Counted from the stretch's first letter, positions 7,713-16,377 are shown. The stretch: 64,000 bases of DNA from Actinomycetes bacterium (GCA_021801795.1 JAJYXR010000001.1:988-64987), one strand, 5' to 3'. The notes: generated by a model from the letters alone, not told the origin. Made by a program: numbers and translations.

Positions 7713-9298
7713 GTCCTCGACCCGGTTTCGTACTCGAGGTGGAGCGGTCCACTCCACCAACCCTCTTCTGGCATGGGGAGGGGTTCCGTCTCGAGAGGCT
7801 TCCAGCCGGTCGCAGCCGGGTCATATACGCCCCCGAGCCCGCCCGGGCACTCGAGGACCCCAGGGCGGCCATCCGCCATGCCCTCGACCACCCCCTCGGC
7901 GACTCCGAGCCGCTCAGGGCCTACCTGAGGCCCGGCATGCGCCTGACGGTGGCCTTCGACGACGTCTCCCTCCCGCTCCCCCCCATGCAGGCGCCCGACG
8001 TACGCCAGCTGGTGATCGAGGAGGTTCTAGAGCTCGCAGCAGAGGCCGGCGTCGACGACGTGGTGCTCATCGCAGCGCTCGCCCTCCATAGGCGCATGAC
8101 CGATGCCGAGCTGCTCCATGCCCTTGGCCGGCGCGTATACGACTCGTTCTCCCCCGCTGGTCGCCTGCTCCAGCACGATGCGGAGGACGCCTCGAACCTG
8201 GTCCACCTCGGCTGCACCGACGAGGGCGAGGACGTGGAGATATCGAAGCGGGCGGCCACCTCGGACCTGATCGTCTACGTGAACATAAACCTGGTCGCCA
8301 TGGACGGCGGGCACAAGAGCGTTGCCACCGGCCTGGCCAGCTATAGAAGCATCCGCCACCACCATAACCCCGACACCATGCGCCGTAGCCGTTCATTCAT
8401 GGACATGCACCACTCGGAGCTCCACAGCTCGAACTGGCGAATGGGACGGCTCATCGCGGCATCCGGTATACGGGTCTTCCAGATAGAGACCACCCTGAAC
8501 AACGACACCTTCCCCGACAGCTTCGGCTTCCTCCAGCGCCGGGAGTGGGAATGGAGCCTGCGCGACCGTGCTTCGTTCCTGGCATCCTCGAGTGCCCTCG
8601 AACGCCTCCCGGCATCGCTCAGCCGTTCCATCTTCCACTCGATCCGATCCCCGCACGCGATGTCGTCGGTCCAGGCAGGCGAGGTGGAGGCCGTCCACGC
8701 TCGGACCCTCGAGAACGTCTACGCGCAGCAACTGGTGGAGGTGGAGGGCCAGTCCGACGTGCTCACGATGGGCCTTCCCTACATATGCCCCTATAACGTG
8801 AACTCGATCATGAACCCGGTGCTGGTGGCCTGCCTCGGGCTCGGCTACTTCTTCAACCTCTACCGCGGCAAACCACTCGTGCGCGAGGGGGGGGTGGTCA
8901 TCATGAGCCACCCGACCCGCTCAGAGTTCCACCCCGGCCACCACCCGAGCTACATAGACTTCTTCGAGCACGTGCTGGCCGAGAGCACCGATCCCGTCGA
9001 GGTGGCGAAGCACGAGGAGGCATACGCGACCGATCCCTGGTACGTGCATCTCTACCGCACGGCCCATGCCTACCACGGTGTCCATCCCTTCTACATGTGG
9101 TACTGGTGCGCGCACGCGCTCGACCATCTCTCCGCGGTGATAGTGGTGGGAGGCGAACGCGACGCGGTGAGGCGGCTCGGCTTCCGCCCGGCATCCACCC
9201 TCTCGGATGCCCTGGAGATGGCCTCCGACGTGGTAGGCCCCAGCCCCACCATCACCCACATGCGCACTCCCCCGCTCCTCCTGGCAGGCGTGATATGA
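7709..9298 (+). CDS. LarA-like (lactate racemase N-terminal domain / DUF2088-type) protein
   Basis: The pattern VAFDDVSLPLP ... IAALALHRRMTDAEL ... DLIVYVNINLVAMDGGHKSV resembles the LarA N-terminal domain as I recall it. ATG 7709 overlaps the upstream stop (ATGA). Confidence 0.55.
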   Translation: MSPRPGFVLEVERSTPPTLFWHGEGFRLERLPAGRSRVIYAPEPARALEDPRAAIRHALDHPLGDSEPLRAYLRPGMRLTVAFDDVSLPLPPMQAPDVRQLVIEEVLELAAEAGVDDVVLIAALALHRRMTDAELLHALGRRVYDSFSPAGRLLQHDAEDASNLVHLGCTDEGEDVEISKRAATSDLIVYVNINLVAMDGGHKSVATGLASYRSIRHHHNPDTMRRSRSFMDMHHSELHSSNWRMGRLIAASGIRVFQIETTLNNDTFPDSFGFLQRREWEWSLRDRASFLASSSALERLPASLSRSIFHSIRSPHAMSSVQAGEVEAVHARTLENVYAQQLVEVEGQSDVLTMGLPYICPYNVNSIMNPVLVACLGLGYFFNLYRGKPLVREGGVVIMSHPTRSEFHPGHHPSYIDFFEHVLAESTDPVEVAKHEEAYATDPWYVHLYRTAHAYHGVHPFYMWYWCAHALDHLSAVIVVGGERDAVRRLGFRPASTLSDALEMASDVVGPSPTITHMRTPPLLLAGVI

Positions 9299-10278
9299 CG
9301 CCCGCCTCGCGTGCCCTCGCCAGGGTCCGGCGCATAGTGCCAGACGGATTCCCCTGGCAGGCTGCCAGCTGGCCTGCCTCCATCGAGCGCGCCGCACCAG
9401 AACGCGGCCTCGGCGTGGACTACGACACCTCCTGGTCGCGGCGCTACCCGGTACGGCTGGCCAGGGCCGTGCTTCTGGACCACATGGCCACGCCTGCGGT
9501 GAGGGCGCTCGCCACCCCTAGGGTCGTCGGTGCCGAGGTGCTCGACGGGCTGGACCCACCGGCCATCTTCGTGGCGAACCACGCCAGCCACCTCGACACA
9601 GCGCTCATCCTCTCGGTGCTGCCACCTCCGATGCGACACCGCACCGTGGTGGCAGCGGCTGCCGACCACTTCTTCGACCGCCGCATGAAGGCTCATCTGT
9701 GGTCCTTCTGCCTGGCCGCGATCCCCATAGAGCGTCACCGGGTCAACAGGAGGTCTGCGGAGCTCGCCGCGGGACTCCTGGAGGAGGGTTGGAACCTCGT
9801 GATCTTCCCAGAAGGTGGCCGCACACCCGACGGCTGGCAGCAGGAGTTCCGCGGTGGGGCCGCCTACCTGTCGGTGAGGACCGGCAGGCCCATGGTGCCG
9901 GTGCACCTCGACAGGACCTGGCGGCTGCTACCGAAGGGTGGCCGGCGGATCAGGCGTGCCGGGGTACAGGTGACCTTCGGTCTGCCGATCCTGGCGGCAC
10001 CCGGTGAGGATGCCCGCCGCCTCTCGGCGCGCGTCGAGCAGGCGGTCGCCGTGCTGGGCGACGAGTCCGCCTCGGACTGGTGGTCTGCCCGCAGGCGCCA
10101 TGCGGCTGGGGCCACGCCCTCTGCACGTGGACCAGACTGGTCTTCCTGGCGCCGTGCCTGGGAGCTGACCTCCCCTAGTCGAGACCACCCGAGCAGATCC
10201 GGTGGAGCCGCTACAGGCCCACCTTCAGGTGATCTGCGCTGGGCGCTCACCAGGCAGAGAAAGCCATCCGGCGCCTGA
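9295..10278 (+). CDS. Lysophospholipid / 1-acyl-sn-glycerol-3-phosphate acyltransferase family (PlsC-type)
   Basis: HX4D motif in FVANHASHLD and block III in IFPEGGRTPDG. ATG 9295 overlaps the upstream stop (ATGA). The 3' end overlaps the convergent murT-gatD ORF by 32 bp. Confidence 0.8.
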   Translation: MTPASRALARVRRIVPDGFPWQAASWPASIERAAPERGLGVDYDTSWSRRYPVRLARAVLLDHMATPAVRALATPRVVGAEVLDGLDPPAIFVANHASHLDTALILSVLPPPMRHRTVVAAAADHFFDRRMKAHLWSFCLAAIPIERHRVNRRSAELAAGLLEEGWNLVIFPEGGRTPDGWQQEFRGGAAYLSVRTGRPMVPVHLDRTWRLLPKGGRRIRRAGVQVTFGLPILAAPGEDARRLSARVEQAVAVLGDESASDWWSARRRHAAGATPSARGPDWSSWRRAWELTSPSRDHPSRSGGAATGPPSGDLRWALTRQRKPSGA

Positions 10279-12466
10279 GGCGCTGGAGCGACCTGACGCG
10301 CTCGGCTCTGAGGGACTCGATCTCCCCCTCCTCGCCTGGCCCCAGGGGTGGAAGCGTGATACCGGTGGCGACCTCGATCAGGTGGTCCGCGAGCCTGGGG
10401 TTGCGAGCCAGGACCGGTCCGTGCATGTAGGTGCCGACGATGCTCCTGGTGAGAACCCCGTCGACGCGGGCCCGCTCGGAGTTCCCAGTTCCCCGAAGGA
10501 CCCTCGCCAGAGGCGATACGCCCGTGCCTAGCTCGGTGGCACCAGCATGGTTCTCGAACCCGCTCAGGAGGCCGAGACCGGCTGGGATCCCCTCCGAGAG
10601 GATCTCGCCTACGGCGCGCCTGGTCATCGGGCGATCCGTGCTGGCGTCCACCAGGCCTGCACCAGCCAGCCGCCGTCCTGTGGGGTCCGAGAAGTCCGTA
10701 CCGATTATCTGCAGACCGGCACATACGGCCAGCACCACCGCTCCCCTCTCCAGGGGACCCGCCAGCGCGCCCAGATGGCCGGCGGCCTCAGCCTGTGGAC
10801 CGTCCTCGCCACCTCCGATGCAGTACACATCCCCCGACAGCGGCAGGGGATCATCGAAGCGCGCCATGACGAGCTCGGCCCCCATCTCGCGCCAGAGCGC
10901 CCGGGCCGCGAGCACGATCCCGTTGCCGGTGTCACCGTATGTCCCGAGCAGTTCCGGGTAGACCACCACCACCCGAAGCCTCGACTCCCCCCCCGCTCTG
11001 CCATGGATAGCGGGTCGAGCGCTGCCGGTGGATTCTCGGCTCGCCGTAGCTGGCACCTCGATTGGCTGGCTGGCCGGACACCCGGTCCACGACGGCCTGT
11101 GCGGGTGCATCTCGGGCGGCTCGCCTGGAAGCGGGCTTCGCGTCCTGGAGAACCCCCGGCGGAGGCTGCCTGGCATAAGCCGTGGCCCGGCATGCCGCGA
11201 TGCAAGTGACCTGCGGAGCTGTTGGAAGGCGGTGTAGTTGCCGATGAAGACGGCATCTCGCGCCTCCAGACGAGACAGGGCCGCGACCTGGTCGGGGATC
11301 ACCGCGTGCTCCACGCCGGCATAGAGCAGCCTCACGCCCAGATCCAAGCACCTGGCTCCCGTAGCGATAACCCGCCGTCCTTCGAGTCTCTCGAAGGCCA
11401 CGTCCCAGAGCCACGACGGGTCCCGGCCGTCGGCCACCTCTGCATTGATCCCTATGGCGATAGGCCGGTCGTCGCCCACTACGAGGTCGAGCAGCTCGGC
11501 CCAACCAGCCGGGTTCTTCGCCAGCATGAGCTCCAGGCTGGTCCCACCAACGTCTACCCGCTGGAAGCGTCCCTCGACCTGGTCGACGACGGCCATCCGC
11601 TCCAGAGCTCCGGGCAGCTCGACCCCGAGCTCCGATGCAGCCACCGCTGCCATCGCAGCGTTCGCGCGGTTGAAGCCTCCGGGGATGGCCAGGTCCAGAC
11701 GGAACCGACGACCGTCGGCGCAGACCAACTCCTCTCCGTCCACCCACCACCCGAGAGCTGGACGCTCGAACCCGCACCTGCATCCCCAGCCGTCCTCACC
11801 TACCTCGACCAGACCTCCGCAGACTGGGCAGCCGGCCGCGTCGGAACGCCAGCCGAGCCCGGTCCCCACCCAGGTAACCCTCCCCGCGGCCGATGCGGCG
11901 TAGACCACCAGCGGGTCGTCGCCGTTGGCCACGAGAGCGGGGGCATCTGGCCCCTCCAGCCATGCCCGCCACCGCCTGGCCATCATCCTCACCTCGCTGG
12001 TCCTGTCCAGCTGGTCGCGCGAGAGGTTCAGCAGGACCGCCAGGCGCGCAGCACTCTCGGCAGCGACCCCAGGGAGGTATGCCTCGTCCACCTCCAGCAC
12101 ACCAGTCGTTCCAGGAGCGGACCCGGCCAGCGCGGCCACGATCCCGGCCGGCAGGTTCGAGCCCGACCGCGACGAGACGACTCGCTCGCCACCTGAGAGA
12201 GCGACAGCGAGGAGCCGGGTGGTGGTCGTCTTACCGTTCGTCCCGCTCACCAGCACGATCTTCCTGCCCCGCGACAGCTCTGCGAGCAGGTTAGGAGCCA
12301 CCAGGAGACCGGCACGGCCGCCTATCACCGATCCACCTCCTAAGCCCAGACGCCTGGACAGACCCGCCAGGGCGCGGCTGGACGCCAGGGCCACCTCGGA
12401 CCGGAAGCCGAGCTTCGGGCCCGCGTAGCCGACCGCGGTATCGTCCATGGCGCCGGACGCGCTCAC
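10247..12466 (-). CDS. murT-gatD: Lipid II isoglutaminyl synthase, MurT (Mur-ligase-like) and GatD (class-I glutamine amidotransferase) encoded as one continuous ORF
   Basis: MurT part: P-loop VSGTNGKTTTT, Cys ribbon CPVCGG...CRCG, and a C-terminal FIGNYTAFQQL. GatD part: RVVVVYPELLGTYGDTGN, catalytic-Cys context VCAGLQIIG, and GTYMHGPVLARNP. About 77 aa of low-complexity linker (about 10975-11205) has no stop. GTG/ATG start at 12466 or 12448. Confidence 0.8.
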   Translation of the reverse strand: MSASGAMDDTAVGYAGPKLGFRSEVALASSRALAGLSRRLGLGGGSVIGGRAGLLVAPNLLAELSRGRKIVLVSGTNGKTTTTRLLAVALSGGERVVSSRSGSNLPAGIVAALAGSAPGTTGVLEVDEAYLPGVAAESAARLAVLLNLSRDQLDRTSEVRMMARRWRAWLEGPDAPALVANGDDPLVVYAASAAGRVTWVGTGLGWRSDAAGCPVCGGLVEVGEDGWGCRCGFERPALGWWVDGEELVCADGRRFRLDLAIPGGFNRANAAMAAVAASELGVELPGALERMAVVDQVEGRFQRVDVGGTSLELMLAKNPAGWAELLDLVVGDDRPIAIGINAEVADGRDPSWLWDVAFERLEGRRVIATGARCLDLGVRLLYAGVEHAVIPDQVAALSRLEARDAVFIGNYTAFQQLRRSLASRHAGPRLMPGSLRRGFSRTRSPLPGEPPEMHPHRPSWTGCPASQPIEVPATASRESTGSARPAIHGRAGGESRLRVVVVYPELLGTYGDTGNGIVLAARALWREMGAELVMARFDDPLPLSGDVYCIGGGEDGPQAEAAGHLGALAGPLERGAVVLAVCAGLQIIGTDFSDPTGRRLAGAGLVDASTDRPMTRRAVGEILSEGIPAGLGLLSGFENHAGATELGTGVSPLARVLRGTGNSERARVDGVLTRSIVGTYMHGPVLARNPRLADHLIEVATGITLPPLGPGEEGEIESLRAERVRSLQRLRRRMAFSAW

Positions 12467-13857
12467 CGCTTGGAAGGTGCCCCAGGTGCTTCGGCACGGG
12501 CCAGCTCGCCGGCCGAGGGAACCCGCCTCCGGCGGGCCTCTTCGGGCAGCAGCCCCGCGATGGCGTGCATGAGCCGATCTGTGCCTGCTCGTGCATCACC
12601 GCGTCCGAACACCATCGGCTCACCGACCCTCACCGTCACCTCGGGACGCCCCTGCCAGCCTGGCAGCGAGGGCAGCCTGGCGGACCTGGGCCATACATGC
12701 TCGGTTCCCCAGATCCCGACAGGGACCACAGGGGCTCCAGTGGCCGCGGCAAGCCTCACCGCCCCCGTGCGGCCCTTCAGGGCGGGATCGAAGAATGCCT
12801 TGCCTCGGGGTATCGTCCCCTGGGGAAGGATCACGACCATCTCGCCTGCCCTGAGCACCCTGCCTGCGACGGCCAGCGCCTCGCCAGGGCTCGAGTCGCG
12901 ATCGACCGGGATGCCCCCGAGTGCTCTGGCCAGGGTTCCCACCACTGGCGCATCGAAGAGCTCCTTCTTGGCCAGGAAGCGTGCCGGACGCCCGATCTCT
13001 GCCACCAGCATTGCCAGGGCGACCACGTCGAAGTAGCTCCGGTGGTTCGCCGCCAGCACCACGGGGCCGCTCGATGGCACCCTGGCTGCCCCATCCACCT
13101 TCACGCTGGCCAGCGCCATTAGCTCTGGCCTCACCAGCGGTCTGAGGAGGTGGTAGAGCTCGCGGCCTGCGACCGATGCGACGCCTCCAGGCCGATCCCA
13201 GCTCTCGATGGGCCACCGCCTCAGCGCGCAGAGAACCCTGAGGCGCGCATCGGGGTTCACCGCGTGAGGCTTGCCGACCGCACCGAGAAGTGGGGCGTCG
13301 AAGACGCTGTCGGAGTAGGCCGACGATCCCACCATGGATACCTCGTTCGTGGCTGACCAGAGCCGGACAGCCCTCAGCTTGCCCGGACCCCACACGAGCC
13401 CTCCGTCCAGCCTCCCCGTAAGGGTGCCGCCGTCGGCTTCGTACCTGGTGGCCACCACGGCGTCGAAGCCCAGCTCGGCCGCGAAGGGCTCGACCAGCTC
13501 TGCAGGCGTCGTGGTGGAGAGGACGACCATGCGCCCCGAGCGCCTCTCGTCTTCGATGGCCGCCAGGGCGTAGGGACGGAGCCTCTCGGCGAGTCCCTCC
13601 ACGGCCGACTCCGCTGCCCGGCGCACTCCATCCAGAGGCCAGCCACGTGTGAAGGCGGCCGCCATGCGCACCATGGCGACGAAGGGAAGGGTCTCGCCCA
13701 GGGACTCATAAGCCCGGTAGAAGGCTCCTTCGAGCGGGAGCTTCGCTCCAGGCTGGATCACGCCCGCGGCCACCAGGGCGTCCGAGATGACAGGGCCGCT
13801 GGCCCCGGACAGGAGCGTCCTGTCGAGATCGAAGAATGCCGCTCGCCGCTCGGGCAT
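12463..13857 (-). CDS. plsC: Bifunctional HAD-IB hydrolase / 1-acylglycerol-3-phosphate acyltransferase (PlsC) fusion
   Basis: N-terminal FFDLDRTLL (HAD motif I) and GSSAYSDSVFDAPLLGAVGKPHAVNP. C-terminal LAANHRSYFD (HX4D) and ILPQGT. The architecture matches M. tuberculosis Rv2483c as I recall it. I use the start at ATG 13857 (MPERRAAFFDLD). The stop overlaps the murT start (GTGA). Confidence 0.85.
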   Translation of the reverse strand: MPERRAAFFDLDRTLLSGASGPVISDALVAAGVIQPGAKLPLEGAFYRAYESLGETLPFVAMVRMAAAFTRGWPLDGVRRAAESAVEGLAERLRPYALAAIEDERRSGRMVVLSTTTPAELVEPFAAELGFDAVVATRYEADGGTLTGRLDGGLVWGPGKLRAVRLWSATNEVSMVGSSAYSDSVFDAPLLGAVGKPHAVNPDARLRVLCALRRWPIESWDRPGGVASVAGRELYHLLRPLVRPELMALASVKVDGAARVPSSGPVVLAANHRSYFDVVALAMLVAEIGRPARFLAKKELFDAPVVGTLARALGGIPVDRDSSPGEALAVAGRVLRAGEMVVILPQGTIPRGKAFFDPALKGRTGAVRLAAATGAPVVPVGIWGTEHVWPRSARLPSLPGWQGRPEVTVRVGEPMVFGRGDARAGTDRLMHAIAGLLPEEARRRRVPSAGELARAEAPGAPSKR

Positions 13858-14027
13858 GACAGGGACCTTACCGGTTCCGAACCGTTCCGGGCGCCTACGC
13901 GACGAAGGGACCGGCGGGGGGGCGACCGATCCCTTCGTAGTGACTCGCCAGGAAGTGGAGGGGGAAGTCCTGATCCTGCGGTCTGGATACATGATGCCTC
14001 ATCTCGCGCCATCAGTCAAACAGGTAT

Positions 14028-14042
14028 TACAGATATGTTGTA
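14028..14042. promoter_or_regulatory. AT-rich inverted repeat TACA-N7-TGTA immediately upstream of the LysR gene; candidate LysR autoregulatory box
   Basis: TACAGATATGTTGTA read directly. It lies in the only AT-rich patch of the 197-bp divergent intergenic region (13858-14054). Confidence 0.3.
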
Positions 14043-14054
14043 TCATTGAAACCG

Positions 14055-15029
14055 ATGGAGCTCAGGCACCTCGAGGTCATAGCGGCCGTAGCCGAGCACG
14101 GCAGCTTCACCGCAGCGGCCGATGCTCTGAACACCGTCCAGTCGAACATCTCCTCCCATGTGTCCCGCCTGGAGCGCGAGCTGGGCGTGACCCTGGTGAA
14201 CAGGACCACCGGCAGGCTCACCCCCGAGGGCGACGCAGTGCTGGCGCGCACCTACAGGATCATGAGCGAGGTCGACTCCCTCGTATCGGACCTTGGTGCC
14301 CTGAAGGCAGAGGTATCCGGGGTCGTGCGTGCCGGGATGATCGGGACCACGGCGCGCTGGCTCGTCCCCCACCTCCTGGCTGAGTGCTCCGAGCTGCACC
14401 CGAAGCTCCGCCTGGTGGTGGCGGAAGGCACCACAACCACCCTCGACCCCCTGCTCGCCACCGGGCGCCTCGACCTCGGGGTCGTCACCCTGCCCGTCCC
14501 GGGTCGTGACCTCACCTCCGAGGCTCTCTTCAGGGAGGACCTGGTCCTCGTGGTCGCCCGCGACCAGGACCCCGTCACCGGCATGGAGAGGGTGGGCCTC
14601 ACGGATCTGGGGCGCATGGACCTCCTCCTTCCCGCGCCCGGAACTGCATTTCGCTCCGAGCTCGACGCTGCCGCGAAGCCTGCGGGAGTGCGGCTGAGGC
14701 CGAGGGCTGAGCTGGACGGGGTGAGGCTGATCGCGTCCCTCACCTTCGAGGGATATGGCCCCGCGATCCTGCCTGCCACCGCGGTCCCCCAGCACCTGAG
14801 AGATCGGTTCCGCCTGGTCCCCATCGACGGGCTGAGCCCTCGGCTGGTCGGTCTGGTGCTTAGGAACCGAGGGATGCCGTCTGCCTCCACCCTGGCTGTG
14901 ATCGACCTGCTCCGTAAGCTGGTGGCCCGCTCCGAGGAGCTGCCGGAGGGCATCCACCCGGCAGATCCGCCCGCCGTGGCCCCCAGGCTCGAAGGGGCGA
15001 CTCGCCGGCTGGGGGTGCCTAACGGCTGA
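14055..15029 (+). CDS. LysR family transcriptional regulator
   Basis: MELRHLEVIAAVAEHGSFTAAADALNTVQSNISSHVSRLERELG winged-HTH followed by a LysR substrate-binding domain. ATG 14055 is preferred over TTG 14046. Confidence 0.9.
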   Translation: MELRHLEVIAAVAEHGSFTAAADALNTVQSNISSHVSRLERELGVTLVNRTTGRLTPEGDAVLARTYRIMSEVDSLVSDLGALKAEVSGVVRAGMIGTTARWLVPHLLAECSELHPKLRLVVAEGTTTTLDPLLATGRLDLGVVTLPVPGRDLTSEALFREDLVLVVARDQDPVTGMERVGLTDLGRMDLLLPAPGTAFRSELDAAAKPAGVRLRPRAELDGVRLIASLTFEGYGPAILPATAVPQHLRDRFRLVPIDGLSPRLVGLVLRNRGMPSASTLAVIDLLRKLVARSEELPEGIHPADPPAVAPRLEGATRRLGVPNG

Positions 15030-15072
15030 GCCCGCTCGGACCACCCCGCCGCTCGGACTGCCATGACCAGGG

Positions 15073-15699
15073 CTACGCCGGTGGGCCTTTCGGCTCTCGC
15101 CACATCAGCCAGAGGGTGGGTCCTCCCCCTGGGCTGTGCAGCTCATGGGTGACCTCGAAGCCGTGCCGGGCGTAGAAGGGGACGTTCCTCTCCTTCGAGG
15201 ACTCCAGGTAGGCAGGCAGGCCCTGCTCGTCACAGCGGTCGAGCACCGATGCGAGCAGCATCGAGCCCACGCCCTGGCCCTGGCGGTCAGGATCGGTCCC
15301 GAGAACGCCGAGATACCAATGTGCCTGCTTCGGACGGAGCTGGTCAATACTTACCAGTAGCCGGACTGCCCGCAGGGCATTGCGCCCCAACAGGTCTGGT
15401 GCCACCGGCAGCAGCCTCACCAGATCCATGAGCCCCGGGCGCGCCTTGTCTGGTGGCGCCCACAGTGAGGCCCCGGCCAGATCATCGGTGGTCCAGACCT
15501 CGCCACCGACCATGTAGCTGTGGCGGAGCTGGATGGAGAAGAACTTCCTCAGACCCCTTCGGCGGTGACGATCGCCGTCGAAGAGGAACATGCTCACGGG
15601 GTCGTCGTCGAATGCCCTTCCGAGCACGGCGACGATCTCGGGGATGTCGCTGGTGTCGGCCCGCCTGACGCTCCGGCCGGGCTTCTCGGCGCCGCTCAT
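15073..15699 (-). CDS. GNAT family N-acetyltransferase
   Basis: The acetyl-CoA motif region QGQGVGSMLLASVL...LPAYLESSKERNVPFYARHGF is typical of GNATs. The start ATG overlaps the stop of the upstream fused TA ORF (ATGA). Confidence 0.85.
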   Translation of the reverse strand: MSGAEKPGRSVRRADTSDIPEIVAVLGRAFDDDPVSMFLFDGDRHRRRGLRKFFSIQLRHSYMVGGEVWTTDDLAGASLWAPPDKARPGLMDLVRLLPVAPDLLGRNALRAVRLLVSIDQLRPKQAHWYLGVLGTDPDRQGQGVGSMLLASVLDRCDEQGLPAYLESSKERNVPFYARHGFEVTHELHSPGGGPTLWLMWREPKGPPA

Positions 15700-16346
15700 C
15701 GCTCCAGGTGCAGGAACTCGCGGCGGTGGAGGTCTATGAGACGGACCGCGTGCTGGGTGGTGTCGATGCGATAGATGACCCTGAGACCTGCCACGACCAC
15801 GAGATGCCTCCTCGAGAGATCCCCGAGGAGCTCTATACCCGTTCCCTCGGGGTCAGCGACCAGCTCGCCCACCAGCAGGCGCCATACCTCCTTACGATCC
15901 GCCTCGGCTAGCTCCACCAGCGCCTGGCGCGCGGGACCCCCCACGACCAGCTTCCAGCGGCTGGCGCCGCCTGGCGCTGGAGCCCCTATGGCAGGAAGCG
16001 CCATCATGGCGGCCGAGTCCGGGGCCAGGCCCATCCCGAGCTCCTCGGCGATCTCCTTCTCCGAGAAGAAGTCCCCGGTCTGGACCGCGTGCTCCCCGGT
16101 CCTCAGGCGGTCCACCAGTAGGTGGTCGCTCACTATCTCGAAGCTCTCCTCCAGTGCGTCGACGTAGTCCCCGGCAACCAGGGCCACCCCACCGGTGCCT
16201 TCGATGGGCACGCGCAGGCGGTCCTGGCCGCGAGCCACGGCAATGGCTACCTGCGGGAACACCTGGTAGAAAGCCTCGTAGGCGACCACTTTCTCCTGCA
16301 TTATGTGAATGCTAGCCACATACGGTGCTCCGTACCGGCCAGTCAC
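15696..16346 (-). CDS. Phd/YefM-like antitoxin and RelE/ParE-like toxin domains in a single uninterrupted ORF
   Basis: The N-terminal half (VAYEAFYQVFPQV...GVALVAGDYVDALEESFEIVSDHLLVDRLRTGEHAVQTG) fits the Phd/YefM pattern. The C-terminal half (WKLVVGGPARQALVELAEADRKEVWRLLVGELVADPEGTGIELLGDLSRRHLVVVAGLRVIYRIDTTQHAVRLIDLHRRE) fits the RelE/ParE pattern. No stop codon lies between them. Start is GTG 16346 or ATG 16301. Confidence 0.6.
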   Translation of the reverse strand: MTGRYGAPYVASIHIMQEKVVAYEAFYQVFPQVAIAVARGQDRLRVPIEGTGGVALVAGDYVDALEESFEIVSDHLLVDRLRTGEHAVQTGDFFSEKEIAEELGMGLAPDSAAMMALPAIGAPAPGGASRWKLVVGGPARQALVELAEADRKEVWRLLVGELVADPEGTGIELLGDLSRRHLVVVAGLRVIYRIDTTQHAVRLIDLHRREFLHLER

Positions 16347-16377
16347 GTACCAGTGGGTAACCTGGGATCTGCTCGAT

